64,000 nucleotides of DNA from Geosiphon pyriformis uo1. Taxonomy: Eukaryota > Fungi > Glomeromycota. How positions within the stretch are numbered: position 1 is the stretch's first letter; the number at the start of each line of letters is the position of its first letter. The stretch covers positions 44,577-108,576 of the forward strand of contig JAAOMT010000706.1 in assembly GCA_016748015.1 (NCBI GenBank). The letters are read 5' to 3'. Shown here piece by piece: positions 1 to 12,460 of the stretch. The notes under the pieces were generated by a model. The model searched no databases. It saw only the letters and a list, made by a program, of their open reading frames with translations, and was not told the origin of the DNA. The position numbers and the translations under genes were made by a program.

Positions 1-1044
1 TTGCTGTGGAGGTGTTCTCTATGCATGATATTAATCCTGCTGTATAGACACCTGTCTTGGAGAAGTATCTTGACGCTATTTTCAAAAAAACAATGGATAA
101 TTACTAAACTAAAGTCCAAGCTAAACTGTCAAAGGATGGAGATGAGCGTTTTAGACTTTATTGTGAAAAAGTTCTCACTAACTTGTAAACATTAATATCT
201 ATTTGTATATTAATATTAAAGAAGATACCAATAATTGCTTTCATTTAGTTACTACCTTATAGATGTCAATCCTACAATAAACAAAAAAATAAGGGAACAA
301 AAACACATAGTATATCAAGTATTTTTTTTATTTAAATATTATGAAAGAACTTTTCTTAATCTTGAATTCGATTGGATTGAATCATAAGCTTGCACTGCAA
401 AAATAATGAAGTCATTAACCAATTCTGGGATTTTGCGAATGGATATTAAGGCAACAAGATCTTATGATGAATTAGATATTTGACACATGGAAGTTGCAGG
501 CCCTCCTTATAATGCAAGTGAGGAGCACATTTTAGATGACTCAAAAAAAACACTGGACTGATATTCTGAATTTAATTACAATATTACGGGACCACCTCGA
601 TTGCAAAGTGAAATTTGCAGCAAAGATTAGGGTTTTTAGCATCTAGTCAATAAGTAAGTGCATGGTATATGGTTTATATTAAGAGGTTGTATTTTCTAAT
701 ATTCCATTTCCATCACTTCAGACAATCAACTTACCCTTTATGCTTTCAGCATGCTTCCTGATAGACATTTTCTTGTAACAGAGCTTGCTACAGCCACAAT
801 ATCTTTCAGTTTTAATGCTTGGAGCCAATATAAAGCTGTTTTCAGAATGATAGCTATCTTTTATGTATGTGTTTAGATTAGGTATCTGAGCATACTTTTA
901 TTTCTGGTAATTTATATGGTGGTATTTTTTCTGTAGGAAGAAATAATAAAGCAGGAGGTGTTGATGGAAAAAATTAATCAATCTGTACTTAGAACTAAAG
1001 AAACAAAGGTCCGTGATGTGTTAAGGATGCCTGAGTTAGAATAA
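1..1044 (+). pseudogene. 3' part of a decayed multi-exon gene of a Glomeromycota-type hypothetical (possibly nuclease-fold) family
   Basis: Reading segments DIKATRSYDELDI*HMEVAGPPYNASEEHILDDSKK and a terminal exon EEIIKQEVLMEKINQSVLRTKETKVRDVLRMPELE* (TAA 1042-1044). GT-AG introns at about 654-721 and 865-937. In-frame stop and frameshift present. The family assignment is from memory only. Confidence 0.5.
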
Positions 1045-2519
1045 ATGTCATTTATTTTGTAATTTTTTACCAGTTAGTTTCTCACTAAGTAATAATCAAT
1101 TTATTTTATAATATTGTCATTAATTGCTCTTCTAACCCTTTTTTCTCGTTTTCTATTCATGAATGTTGCTTATCTAATATTTTTTAATATTGACTTTCTA
1201 TTTGCTATGGCTATTCTATTTTTTTTTCTTTTCAATAAGCCACTTTGATGATTAGAAAATATATGACCTGCTATTTTTTATTGAATTGAGATATGCTTTG
1301 AAAAAGTTTGGTTTACTTATATATGTAATTTAAATAACAAAAACTGAAAGTATAATGTTTACAAATAGATTAAGATTCATTATTTTAATGCTATTAATTA
1401 AACAAAATACAACTTTTAAAATTTTCAAAAAAAAAGGCTTAGCTGTCTTAATTGAATGCAAAAGTTTGTATCAATAACGTGCATTGTTTTTCATTAACAT
1501 CAGATTGATTTCAATCCAAAAAAATAAAAATTTTATATGTCATAAGTTTTATTCTAAGAAAAACAAAAAAAAACAATTAATTTATAAATATATATTATAT
1601 TTGAATTACAAACTTAAATTGGAAAATCAAAAATTTGATATGGAATTAAAGTATTAATAATAAACTTAATATATATATGTGGTGTCAAATACAAAAATGT
1701 GAAAAATGCGCACACTAAAATTGGCTAGTAAAAAAATATTCGATTGTAAATGTTCTTTGTGATAATTTTAGTTTATAAAACATAATAATAATTTCTTAGC
1801 TTTTTGAATTAAATAAAACTTGGATTTAAAAGGATTGGTAATAGAATTTAAATAGTTGAAAAAAATAAATATTAATTAAATCACAAAGTGAAAACAACTT
1901 AAAATAAAACTAATAATAAAACTTACCAATGACTCAAAAAGAAATAACATTAAATTTTATTAAATAGCCGTTTATAATAAAATATCTATAATAATAAACG
2001 GTTGTGTTAAAACCTTGCTCAAATTAATAAAGAAGCTTTATCTTGAAAATTTATCTGTTAATTTCTAAAATTTCATTTTGAACATAAAATTTGGGTTTAA
2101 GAATAAATATCAATCTTTTAAGAAATCTTTTTGCTATCATTTATTTACGTTACACAAGTACAATTAACTTTTCATGGTACCATTGTTTGTAAAATTGATC
2201 GTCAAAGCTTTTTGAATAGTTAATAAAATTATCTATAAATTAATAATGATTTTATTATTATTATTATTATTTTAAAAATTTTTTCTGAAAAAGATAAACA
2301 AAATATTTTGCAGTTAGCTATAGCAAATTCACAATTAAATTAATTAAAAATGATGAATATATGAATAATTAAATTTTAGAAACAAAAAATAGAATCTAAA
2401 GCTAATTCTATTTTGACTAAATATTTTAATATATTATTAATGATATAATTTAATATAATTTGCAATATTCACAAATAAAGAATATAGATATTAAGCATAA
2501 ATGCAAAATTTTAATTCAC

Positions 2520-3196
2520 AAGAATTCAAAGCAAAAATACTCCTCTTGTTTCAAAAGTATTTGATGGCAAAACAATAAAACTCTTTATATTAAAAATCTT
2601 ATAATCTACGTATAAATTTTCTATCGTAAAATTAATTGTCAACTTACTTTTCAGCTTTAATCCTGTAGCAATTTTTTGACATAATTTTTACCTATTTTTA
2701 AAGTTTGAGAACAAACCTCTACTGATATGCTTTTTTGCATGGTGTTTAATCAAATAGTTTTCAAGTTGATCAACAGTGTTTTTTAGAATAAACTCGTCAA
2801 CAGTATTAAGCAATTCTAAAACAATAAGTACTCTGCGTTTATCAAGAGAAATCTCACCATTATAAATATATCTGTGCAAGAAAATAAAACATATAAATTT
2901 ACATTTGTTAAAATACTTTCAAGCAAATAAAAACCCTTGCCTGAGAATAATCTCAAAAATTTTAAGTAAAGTATTAGGTTTAATGAAGATTATGGTATTA
3001 TTTTCCTTTTTTAATCCAATTACTAGAGTGTTACAGCAAAATATTGTGATCTTGCTGCTAAAATTTACAAATGAGCATAAATAGTTCTGATAATGGGCGT
3101 TTCTCCAATAACAATCTTAACATCAGAGAAATTCTGACAATCTAGTAAATTTCTGAAATCATTGGATAAACCGTGAAAAAATTGCTGGAGTGCCAT
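2520..3196 (-). pseudogene. BTB/POZ-domain protein pseudogene
   Basis: ATG at 3196 gives MALQQFFHGLSNDFRNLLDCQNFSDVKIVIGE, then FYAHL*ILAARSQYF, then WIKKENNTIIFIKPN..IFEIILR|YIYNGEISLDK...LELLNTVDEFILKNTVDQLENYLI. This matches the BTB motifs (DVxI, AHxxILxARSxYF, ILxYIYxG). Stops and frameshifts present; intron 2872-2940. The 3' limit is approximate. Confidence 0.85.
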
Positions 3197-4454
3197 CGGT
3201 AAGATATAAGAAGCTTTGAAATATTGATATAAAAAGTAACTAATATATAGTTTATGTTAATAAACAAAGTAATGTATAAGTAAAGTTTTATTTACAAAGC
3301 TGTTTATAAAAAAAATAAAAAAATTATTGTAGCAAATTAATTTGGCAGCCAATTAATATTTAATTGCTTAAAATAAAAAATAAAATAAATAAAACATTTA
3401 GTATTAAAAATTTCATTTTTTTTACGAATATATATACATAAAAAATTATAAATTATAAATTAATATAAAAACCCTGAGATTTTTATATTTATTTTATTAG
3501 CTTTTTTATCAAAATATGAGTTTTTAATTAATTGAATTTATTTTGCTTGTTTAAAAATATATTAATTAATTTTTATATAAGCTTTTCATTAATTATTGAA
3601 TATTAAAATAAATAAACTTAAAAAAATTAAAGTTTATTATAGTTTACTTTCATAAAATCCTAATAAAAAACAAAACTTTATGTTTTAATAAAAATTTAAA
3701 CTTTGAATTAAATTTTGATTAATTAATTTATTTTTATTAAAAAAATTATTATTATTAATATATTAACAAAATATAGTTAATTATTATTTAATAAAATATA
3801 ATATTACAAATAATTTATTTGAATAAAATAATATAACTTTTAATATTTAGTTATAAAATATTAGCTTCTAGAAATTTTGTTAATTTTAAAAATTTTGATG
3901 ATTTTTTTAAATGATTTACTTATAAAATATTTTTTATAATAATATTAATAGTAATATTATTAAAAATTAATGTTTTAATTACATTCAATTTAATTACAAT
4001 TAATAAAGTTAAATATTGGTTTTTTACTTTTTTATTAAGTTAATAATTTTTAATAAAATTAATTTTAAAATGTGTTTTCTTTTTTATTAAGCTATTATAA
4101 TATTAAATTATTTTGTTATAACAGTTAAATTAACAAATTGTTTTAATTAAAAATAATTGGTCTAAGTTATTAAAATTTTAAAAATATTATGTTAATTGTA
4201 TTGGCTTTAAATAAAAAGAAATAAATATATTTTATTAACAAGATAAAAAATTTGATTTATAGATTTTTGAAATTACAAAAATATTTTTTTATTAAAATTA
4301 AACAAATAAAAATATAATCAGATTTTATTATTTTAATTAAGTTTTAAATACTAATTTAAAAAATAATATCTTGATCAAAAAAATGTTTTTTAACTTTAAA
4401 ATACTTTTTTTTTAATTTAAAATTACTTATATATATATATATATATTATTTTAA

Positions 4455-4485
<31 letters not shown>

Positions 4486-4710
4486 ATTATTTTGTTATTA
4501 TTAATTATAATTAGTTATTTTATTTTATATTTTTTTTATATTATTATTAGTTATTTTGTTTATTTTTTGTAATTTTTTTTTTTATTATTATTATTTAACA
4601 AGCAAGGTCCAAACACTACCTAGAACTATACATCAAAGAAATGATCTAAACTAGGCATGAATCATGCACTGTCTACACGTGACCAGCTACTCGAGCCAGT
4701 CAGGACAACA

Positions 4711-7700
4711 CTACGCAATTATATTAATTGAAACCAGGTCACCAATACCTGAAAAAAAAAAGCAAGATTTGCGAAAGCCAAAACGGATGCCAAAAGCTTC
4801 AGCAATACCAAGCAGTTTAATCACACCATCTGAGAATCTTGAAGTCAAACCAGAAATTGAGACGGAAACCAAGCCATCCACCAAGATCAAGCCATTTCTT
4901 TCTATGTAAGCATGATGCTTAGCATGGACCAACCAAATGTTATCCCTGAAAGCGACACAAATAGAGCGTACAAAATCAGCAATTTTAATGTCAGCAACTT
5001 TGGGAACATGGAAGACAGAAACAGCCTCCTGAAGCCATCCCTTGAAAACAAAACCCTTGCAAAGAGTTGAGAACACTAGGAAATCCGAGGCACAGGCTAA
5101 CAGCAGCTGTAAAACGCATGAAGCAGAAAGGAAGAGACCAGAAAGCACCTTCCAAGAAGACATACAGGATTCCAAAATCCGATGACAAGCCACATCATCA
5201 ATAACACAAGAAAACACATGATCAGACACCTCCATCTCATCACAATACAGACACAAAACACTAGGGTAACATTTATCATAAATGCGTTTTCGAACAGCCA
5301 TGGAAAGCCAATGGTGCAAGGCTTTCATGAAGTAAGTACAAATATCAGCAGTGCACCTGCTGGTAAAACCAGTTGCCATATGCAAATCAGGGTGCCAAAC
5401 TTTGGAAGAGACAAGCCAATCGACATCTGAGTGCAAATCACTAGCTAAGAATCTAGAACTGGAACTGACCTCCTAGTGCACCTGACAGACAGCATGAAAA
5501 ACATCATAGACAAAGTGTCTAGAATTGCTAGAAACAATACCGCCATCCACCAACAAAAACTGTTCAACCACACGAGGAGGAAGAAACCAATCAGAGAGAG
5601 CTGCAGCGTCAGCAATGCTATTGGCACAATTATTTTTCAACACACCAAAGTGGCTCTTAACCTTGTGCCAGTTAACTTTCAAATTCTTTCCACGTATAAT
5701 ATTCCTAATATGCCGGTGCTCAATCCAACACTAATTGCAAAAGTCAGAACACACCAAGTCAACCTCCAACTTGCAAGCATCCAAAGCTGCCTGGCTATCC
5801 AAAAACAGATGAACAGAACAATCCACAGGTATGCATTCCAGAGCCAACGCTACAGCTTGCAACTCCGCCAAAGTAGATGACATCAGACTCTGAACACAGA
5901 TACCCAAACCCAAGTCAATGTCCTCAAAAAAAGCAGCAGCTCCAGCCCTACAACCAGTCGTGCCCAAATTTTTTACTGACTTATTTGTATACACAGACAA
6001 ACTATCAGCACCAACCCGAGAAAGACGATCATATACAGACACAAAACCATCAGAACCACAAATGTCTGTAGGGCCAACACCACTCAAGGCCAATGGAGAG
6101 GAAAACACACCACTAAGAAATGCAACAGAGTGCCCGAACCACTCAGGAACTGGGCCACAAGGATCCAGTTTCTTCCACCACTTAAAGGTGTACCAGTCGA
6201 AAATATCCCCATGATGATCCCAAAGCTAATCCACAAAGGCAATGCCATAACACCAGAGAGAAGACAAGTATTTGAAAAACAAGGATTCACCCAGAACAGC
6301 AGATATAGGCACCCCATCATGAAACCAAAAAGAACTGGCTAAAGAGCCACCCAAAGACAAATTGCATTTAAGAAAAATGTGTACCATACCTGACAAGAAA
6401 TTATTGGGAATGCTGACACGAATACGAGCCAGTGAACTCAATAGATGAATAGAGTGCCAGCACATAACTTGCAAGTCATGAGACCTGTAACTAAACAATT
6501 GACTTAGAATCCCGCAGGAGTTTGCAAAACTAATAAGTGAAGCAACCTTGCTTTTAGACTGACATTGTGAGAAAAATTTCAGACCATAAAAGGAAAGATG
6601 ATAAATCATGTCACTAGGAAAATCGAAAGGAAAACCAGATTTAAGTTTCAAACCCTTGTGAATCAGAGCATCCCACTTGTCACACACACTAACAAGGACA
6701 AAGCTGAACTGCATCCTGTAGCTGACTATAAGATGGAGAACTACCAATACCAAGTACAAGAACTGCTTATCTGAAACTGCTTTTTTTAGAACCAAATTAC
6801 TGAAAAAATGAATGTCCGAATGCACTTTAACCAAACTAGGCTTAGAAAGACCATTAGTTGAGAGAAAGATACCAAAATACCAATAAGATTCACCTTTTTT
6901 GGTTACGGAAATGAGTGAACCACTAATAAAAAAAGATGGATTGCTGATCCTGGCATTAATAGGAATGGCCACAGTTTTGTCATTATTGATTGAAATGTTA
7001 TTAATTCAAAAAAATTCACTAGCAACATTGAGAATATGTTGAGTGGCAGCCTAACTGCTGCCAACCTAAATTGTGTCATCAACAAAGGTTCTAACAGTGA
7101 AAAAAGTAGAAAACCCAGCTTAAGATTCAGCACAACCACTCCTGGAGACAAAATGGGAATTGAGTTTATACCTGCACACATTCTTCTGACGCTTGACTTC
7201 ACACAAAAGAGGATCATAAAATATGCACCAAAGAAGAGAGGAAAAAACTTCACCTTGGTCCAACCCGTCATGTACACTATAACCATTAGTTAAACTGAAG
7301 TCCATCATAACCCGATTGGTCCGATTTCTATGAATATTGCCAAAAAAATAAATAAACTTGTCACACATTTTGATCCTAACCAAACACCTCTCGAGATGCT
7401 CCCATCCAACAGAGTCGTACACCTTTTGCATGTCCTGCAACACCAGCTAGAGCTCCTGATTCTTCTCCAAAGCATCTTCAACAACCGAACCAATAGCAAA
7501 AATAGGAGTCTGGATAGTAGTACCCTTCAAAACTGAAAAATTATTCTCATGAAGAATATCATGAGCACTGCATGCTAGCAATATCCTGTCAGAGAGAATC
7601 TTAGAGAGGATTTTGTGAGCCGTCTCGATCAAGGCTATAGGTCAGGTATTTATAAGAACATCTTCTCACTCATATGGTTTAGGGATCATCAAAACCTAAG

Positions 7701-9390
7701 CTTCCTTCCAAGGACCAGGCACAGACTCATGAGACAGACAAGAATTCAGAAGCACCAAGAGCATATCCAGAACAGACCTATCACTATGCATCCATAGCTT
7801 ATTTGAAATACCCGAAAAACCAGCAGCCTTGCCAATAGGCAGATCAGAAACCACGCCAAACAATTCCAAAAACTCAATTGGCTGTATTACACCAGAAAAA
7901 GCCTCATCAAAAACGTAATTCAATGGCTGATACTAATAGTGCCATACATCAGGGATATAAAAAACCACCCTACGCCTTCTAGTCCACCCTTTCATAATAT
8001 TATCTACCTTCAATCTTACAGGACCAGGTTCCAAAATCAGCTCATCATTCACAACTAAGTGGTCCAAAACGACCTTATGGAAAGAGCACTCCAAGACGCT
8101 CTGAATAGTGTGACCCTTGTTCAGCTCAAAACTTTCCATCCTTTTTTTGATCACTGACTTGATTTGAGATTTTTCTATATGCCTCAATTCTGCCATTTTA
8201 AGTAAGCGATAAGTTTTTCTGATCTTGGAGAGAGCTGATTGAACAGTATCAAGAGGAGAACCGGAGAGAAAGAGAGATCTGACCACAAAGGCGTTATCAT
8301 CATTAAGAGAACCCCAGACATCCAACAGTGAAATGAATTCATCACAACAAATCAACTGAGAAGCTTTAACCAGCTTCGATATCAAAAGTTTTAATTTATG
8401 AAATTTGGATGATTCTTTAGTGAAAACACCATCATAGTCCTTAAACCATTTCTTCTTAAACACCTTATCAGCTAAAAGAACCATTATCTTGTGAACAACA
8501 TTCCACATCACATCCAAATCTGAAAATCACTGGGAGGCAATAAAATCATCAGAGAACATGGCAGCATTAGCTGCTATAGCACCCTTGAACCTGTTCTATT
8601 TCACATCATCAGCACCCTTAAAATTAAACTTCCAATGATCTCTATTCACCTGTTTGCAAAGAGAGTTCAACTGCATATCCAGCAAACCACCCAAACCCAA
8701 AGACACAGAAACAGCCTGATAATCCATTTCAAAATATTCACCAACATCTGAAACACCATGGTGCACTATTGCATTAACCAAATTTGAAGAAACCAAAACA
8801 TAGTCAATTGTTTTTCTAATACCTTTAGAGTTTGCCCAAGTAGGCATTTTCACAGCTGGGCTTCTGACCAAAGAATTAGCCAGACCCAAATCAAGGCACT
8901 TCCTAAAACTTGCACACTTACAAGAATCATCTTCATTGAAATCACCACCAAGAACAGTAAAAGAAGATTCATTGACAGCTTTCACAATGAGAGAGTTGAT
9001 TTTACCAGCCTGAAAAAACTGAACTGCCAAAAAGACACCAGCATAAAGCCCCAGAATTGATACAGAAAGTTTACCCTTGAAAAGTAATTTAATGGACAGG
9101 AGCCAACCAGGCACCTCAGAAACCTTGTACACATGACAAGCCAAAGAAATGTCCAAGACAACAGCAATACCCGCACCTAAGTGACCAGAGTTCAAACCAG
9201 AAGTGAACACTCAAACATCATTGAACTTATCTGCAATCCACAGACGAACCTTGCTCCTCAATTTCATTTCAATAACAATAAAGACCATATTGTTCATTTC
9301 TTTATGCCACCTAATAATGTCTTTCTACTTAGTGAGATTGTTCATGCCCCTGACATTGCATGTAGCAACTTTCCAGACCAAACTGCTCAT
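4711..9390 (-). pseudogene. LINE ORF2 (AP endonuclease, reverse transcriptase, RNase H, C-terminal Cys/His finger), disrupted
   Basis: Starts ATG 9390 MSSLVWKVATCNVRGMNN. Fragments 8596-9210 (APE), 7120-7923 (RT), 5473-6108 (RNase H) and 4711-5436 (C-terminus) are separated by stops and frameshifts. Confidence 0.92.
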
Positions 9391-11179
9391 TGAGTGAGGG
9401 GTAGAGATACCGAATGCACACCAATACTATCTACTTTGGCCAAAAGGCCCAGAACCGTTTCCATTAGACACTTCATACTGTCTTCCAGCTTAGACATTGA
9501 AGACATATTGAAAGACACCACTCCTGCGACATTCCCACCACTAGTAGATGCACCCGAACCCTCACTCATCACTACATCCGCTCCTTGATTCTGTGATGAA
9601 GGGGTCACTAATGGCTGACATCCAGGGCTAGGCTGGAGAACCATTGGCCCAAGTGCATCCAACCTCTTAGCCAGCTTACCAATTTGCTCGTGAGGCTGGC
9701 AAAACTGTGCTCAAGAGCGGCAAACCTATTGTTGACTTCTATCATAACCAGTAGGGGTAGCTTCATTTCCGAAGAGGAGCCATTATTCACCAAAACATTC
9801 TGATTAGAGAGGGAGAGTGAAGAAGACCCGTGAGCAACCTTTGCCCAAGAGAGACCACCAAAAAAGACCAGACAGGCAACTGGAGCTAAGCATTTGGCAT
9901 AGATGGTTGCCAGCCTGCTTTTATCTGTATCTGAAAAAACCCTACGCAGCAAACTACCAGAAGAAAATTTCCCACCAACCACACAACTCAATGACATGTG
10001 ACCCAATTTCTTATACTTGGCGCATTTAGTAGAAATAAGATGAGACCAGTAGAGATTGGTGTTCTTAAGTACTGGCATAGTTCTCACAGCAGCATCTAAT
10101 GATTCAGCAGAGTCGAAGCAAACAACAGCGCATCTGGCTTGAGCATATGTAACAGGATGACAATTAATGATGTATGTTTTTCCACTCACAAATTTAACAA
10201 AGTCCCAGATATTATGAGCATTGGTCCCCATTGGCAATGTGTAGAGCAGTGCCCTATGTCAATTTCTTGTGTCCCATGTCTTTTTGTCTGAATTAGCCCT
10301 AGTCACGCATACAGCATCTTTCCCGATCAGAATAAACTACTCAACAGCAACCAAATCAGTCTGATCCGATTGCTCAAAATCTACCACTGTCTTCTGCCAC
10401 AGCCCAATTAATTGCATTTTGATTGCCTTAACAACTCCAAACTCAGATAGCGCAGTGCGCACAGCCTTAGCTGATGTTCCAATCAGAATTTCTTTTACGA
10501 CCACAGCCCGATCTGACCATCCAGAAGATTTTTTGAGATCAGTGTTTACTAGGATCTTCACACTTATAGTCTTATCAGTAGCTTTCATTAGACTCAATTT
10601 GGAAGTGAACATCGCTCTGATGATCCCTAAGAATTTTGAGGAGGTGGATGCCCCCCCAAAACCATTGATTCTAGAAAATAATTTCCTTACTACCACAAGT
10701 TTTTCTTGAGAAGATTTGCCGGCAACTTTATCCAAGCCAATATCCAATGCGAATGACTTTCTTACTAGAACATTAACCAAGTTTTTCATAGGAGGGAGGA
10801 GCTCAAGAGAAGCATCTAAAAAAACATCATTATCATCACTACTTTTTGAGAAATCAATCTTTTCCAATGGCTTGCCCAATGCCTTTTTGGTTTTAACTTT
10901 TGAACTCATGGGTGTCTGATCATAATCCTCACCAGCCAAAGCACTATCTTCACCATAATCAAAACTGGTCTTCTCTACCAAATACTCTTCTTCCATATCA
11001 ACACTCTCAGACTCATTAGTGTTCCCAGTCTCTGAACCCCATGAACAAATACTAGGAACTTCAGTAGCAACTCCTTTATCATCGACACCCTCTGTCAATG
11101 CACCTTCTTTCCTCTTTTTCCTTGATGCAACTGCCTTAAAATCACTCTCAGAACCAGAAACTTTAATAGTCTTTTTCAT
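9387..11179 (-). pseudogene. LINE ORF1 (gag-like nucleic-acid chaperone), disrupted
   Basis: ORF pieces 10337-11179, 9608-10237 and 9387-9662 are collinear. They carry a basic RKKRK N-terminus, a degenerate zinc knuckle and a stop TGA at 9389-9387. Confidence 0.85.
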
Positions 11180-12460
11180 AATAGCAATAACAAAGCCAAC
11201 AGTAGCTTCATAATTAAAGAACAGTTTTGATTTATCATACTGAATAGTAAAAAAACTTTTTTTGAAAAAACTTTTAACTTTTTATTGGGAATTTTGGACA
11301 AAAAAGAAAAAGAAGTTTTTTTTTTTTTGTAATTATTTGGTTTTTTTATTTAAATAATAATATTTTTTTCTTTAAAATTAAGCTTTTGTAAAATTATAAT
11401 TGAAGATTGGTTATTTTTTTTAATGTTTTTAATTATTAAAATATTTATTATTAAGTTTAATAGGTCTAAAAAACAATATTAAAAAGATATTATAGCTAAT
11501 AAATTATTTTATAATATAAAATTAAGTTTTTTTTTTATAAATTATTTAACTTATTATAAAAATTTTTGGTTTAATAATTAATTTGTTTTGTTTAAATACA
11601 GTATTTTAATATTTAATTGTTTATTAATTTATAAAATAAATAAATATTAAAAAAAAAATTTTTATAAATGTAATTTTTAGCTTTAATTAAATTTTTAAAA
11701 TAACTATAATAATAATATTACTTTTTTTTAAATAATTTGTTTGATAATTATATTTATAACTTAATTTATTTTTATAAACTAATAAGTTTTTTTAAAAAAA
11801 ATAACTCAGAAATTTTTTATAATTAGTTTGTTAAATAAATATATATTTATATTTTTATAAGTAATATTGTTTTTTATTTATATATTAATTCAAATAATAT
11901 AAATTAAAAATATTATATATTAATATATATTTGGTTTATGATAATATTTTTTAATATATATTATTTAATAAAATATATTAAATTATATAATTTATATGTT
12001 TTTTATATAGAATTAGATATAAATAAATAAATTTTAAGCATTTTTAGATATTATAATATTATTAATCATAATAATTTTTTTTAATACTAATTAATAATAT
12101 AAAAAATAATATATAATATAACAAAAAAATAAATTGACTTTATTATTGTTTATATTACTTAAATAATTTTTAATTTTAACTTATTTAACATTTAAATTTT
12201 TGTTATATATAATATTAAAAATGTGTTTTCTCTTAATTTAACATTAATTATAAAAATTTAAAAAAAAATATATTAAGTTTAGTTTTATAAATAGCTAAAA
12301 CTGCTTAATTATTTAATAAATAATAATTATATTATAAATTAAAATTTATTTTAAAGATAAAACAATAACATATAATTTAATTAATATTAAAAATATTAAA
12401 TTATAAATTTTTATATTTATATTTATATTTAAATTAAAAAAATACACAAAAATATTATCA

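Larger units (their letters stand above)
4575..11322 (-). mobile_element. Near full-length but inactivated non-LTR retrotransposon (LINE) with ORF1 and ORF2 (APE-RT-RNase H-Cys/His finger)
   Basis: ORF1 11179-9387 has a basic N-terminus and a degenerate CCHC knuckle CAKYKKLGHMSLSC. ORF2 from 9390 has APE motifs (VATCNVRG, LGGDFNE, KTIDYVLVS), RT motifs (QDMQKVYDSV, GLDQGEVFS, FVDD at 7075-7086), RNase H (VYTNKS, AELQAV, FLDSQAA, NWHKVKSH) and CLYC..DHVFSC. The 3' tail is (TAA)n + poly(A) at about 4573-4595. Candidate low-complexity TSD TTTTTTGTAATT at 4563-4574 and 11323-11334. Many premature stops and frameshifts. Confidence 0.95.

Noticed and set aside
4664-11213. Numerous plus-strand ORFs over the LINE and alternative-frame ORFs over the SEL1 array
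   Set aside because: They are antisense or frame shadows of the minus-strand coding sequence, with no recognisable motifs.
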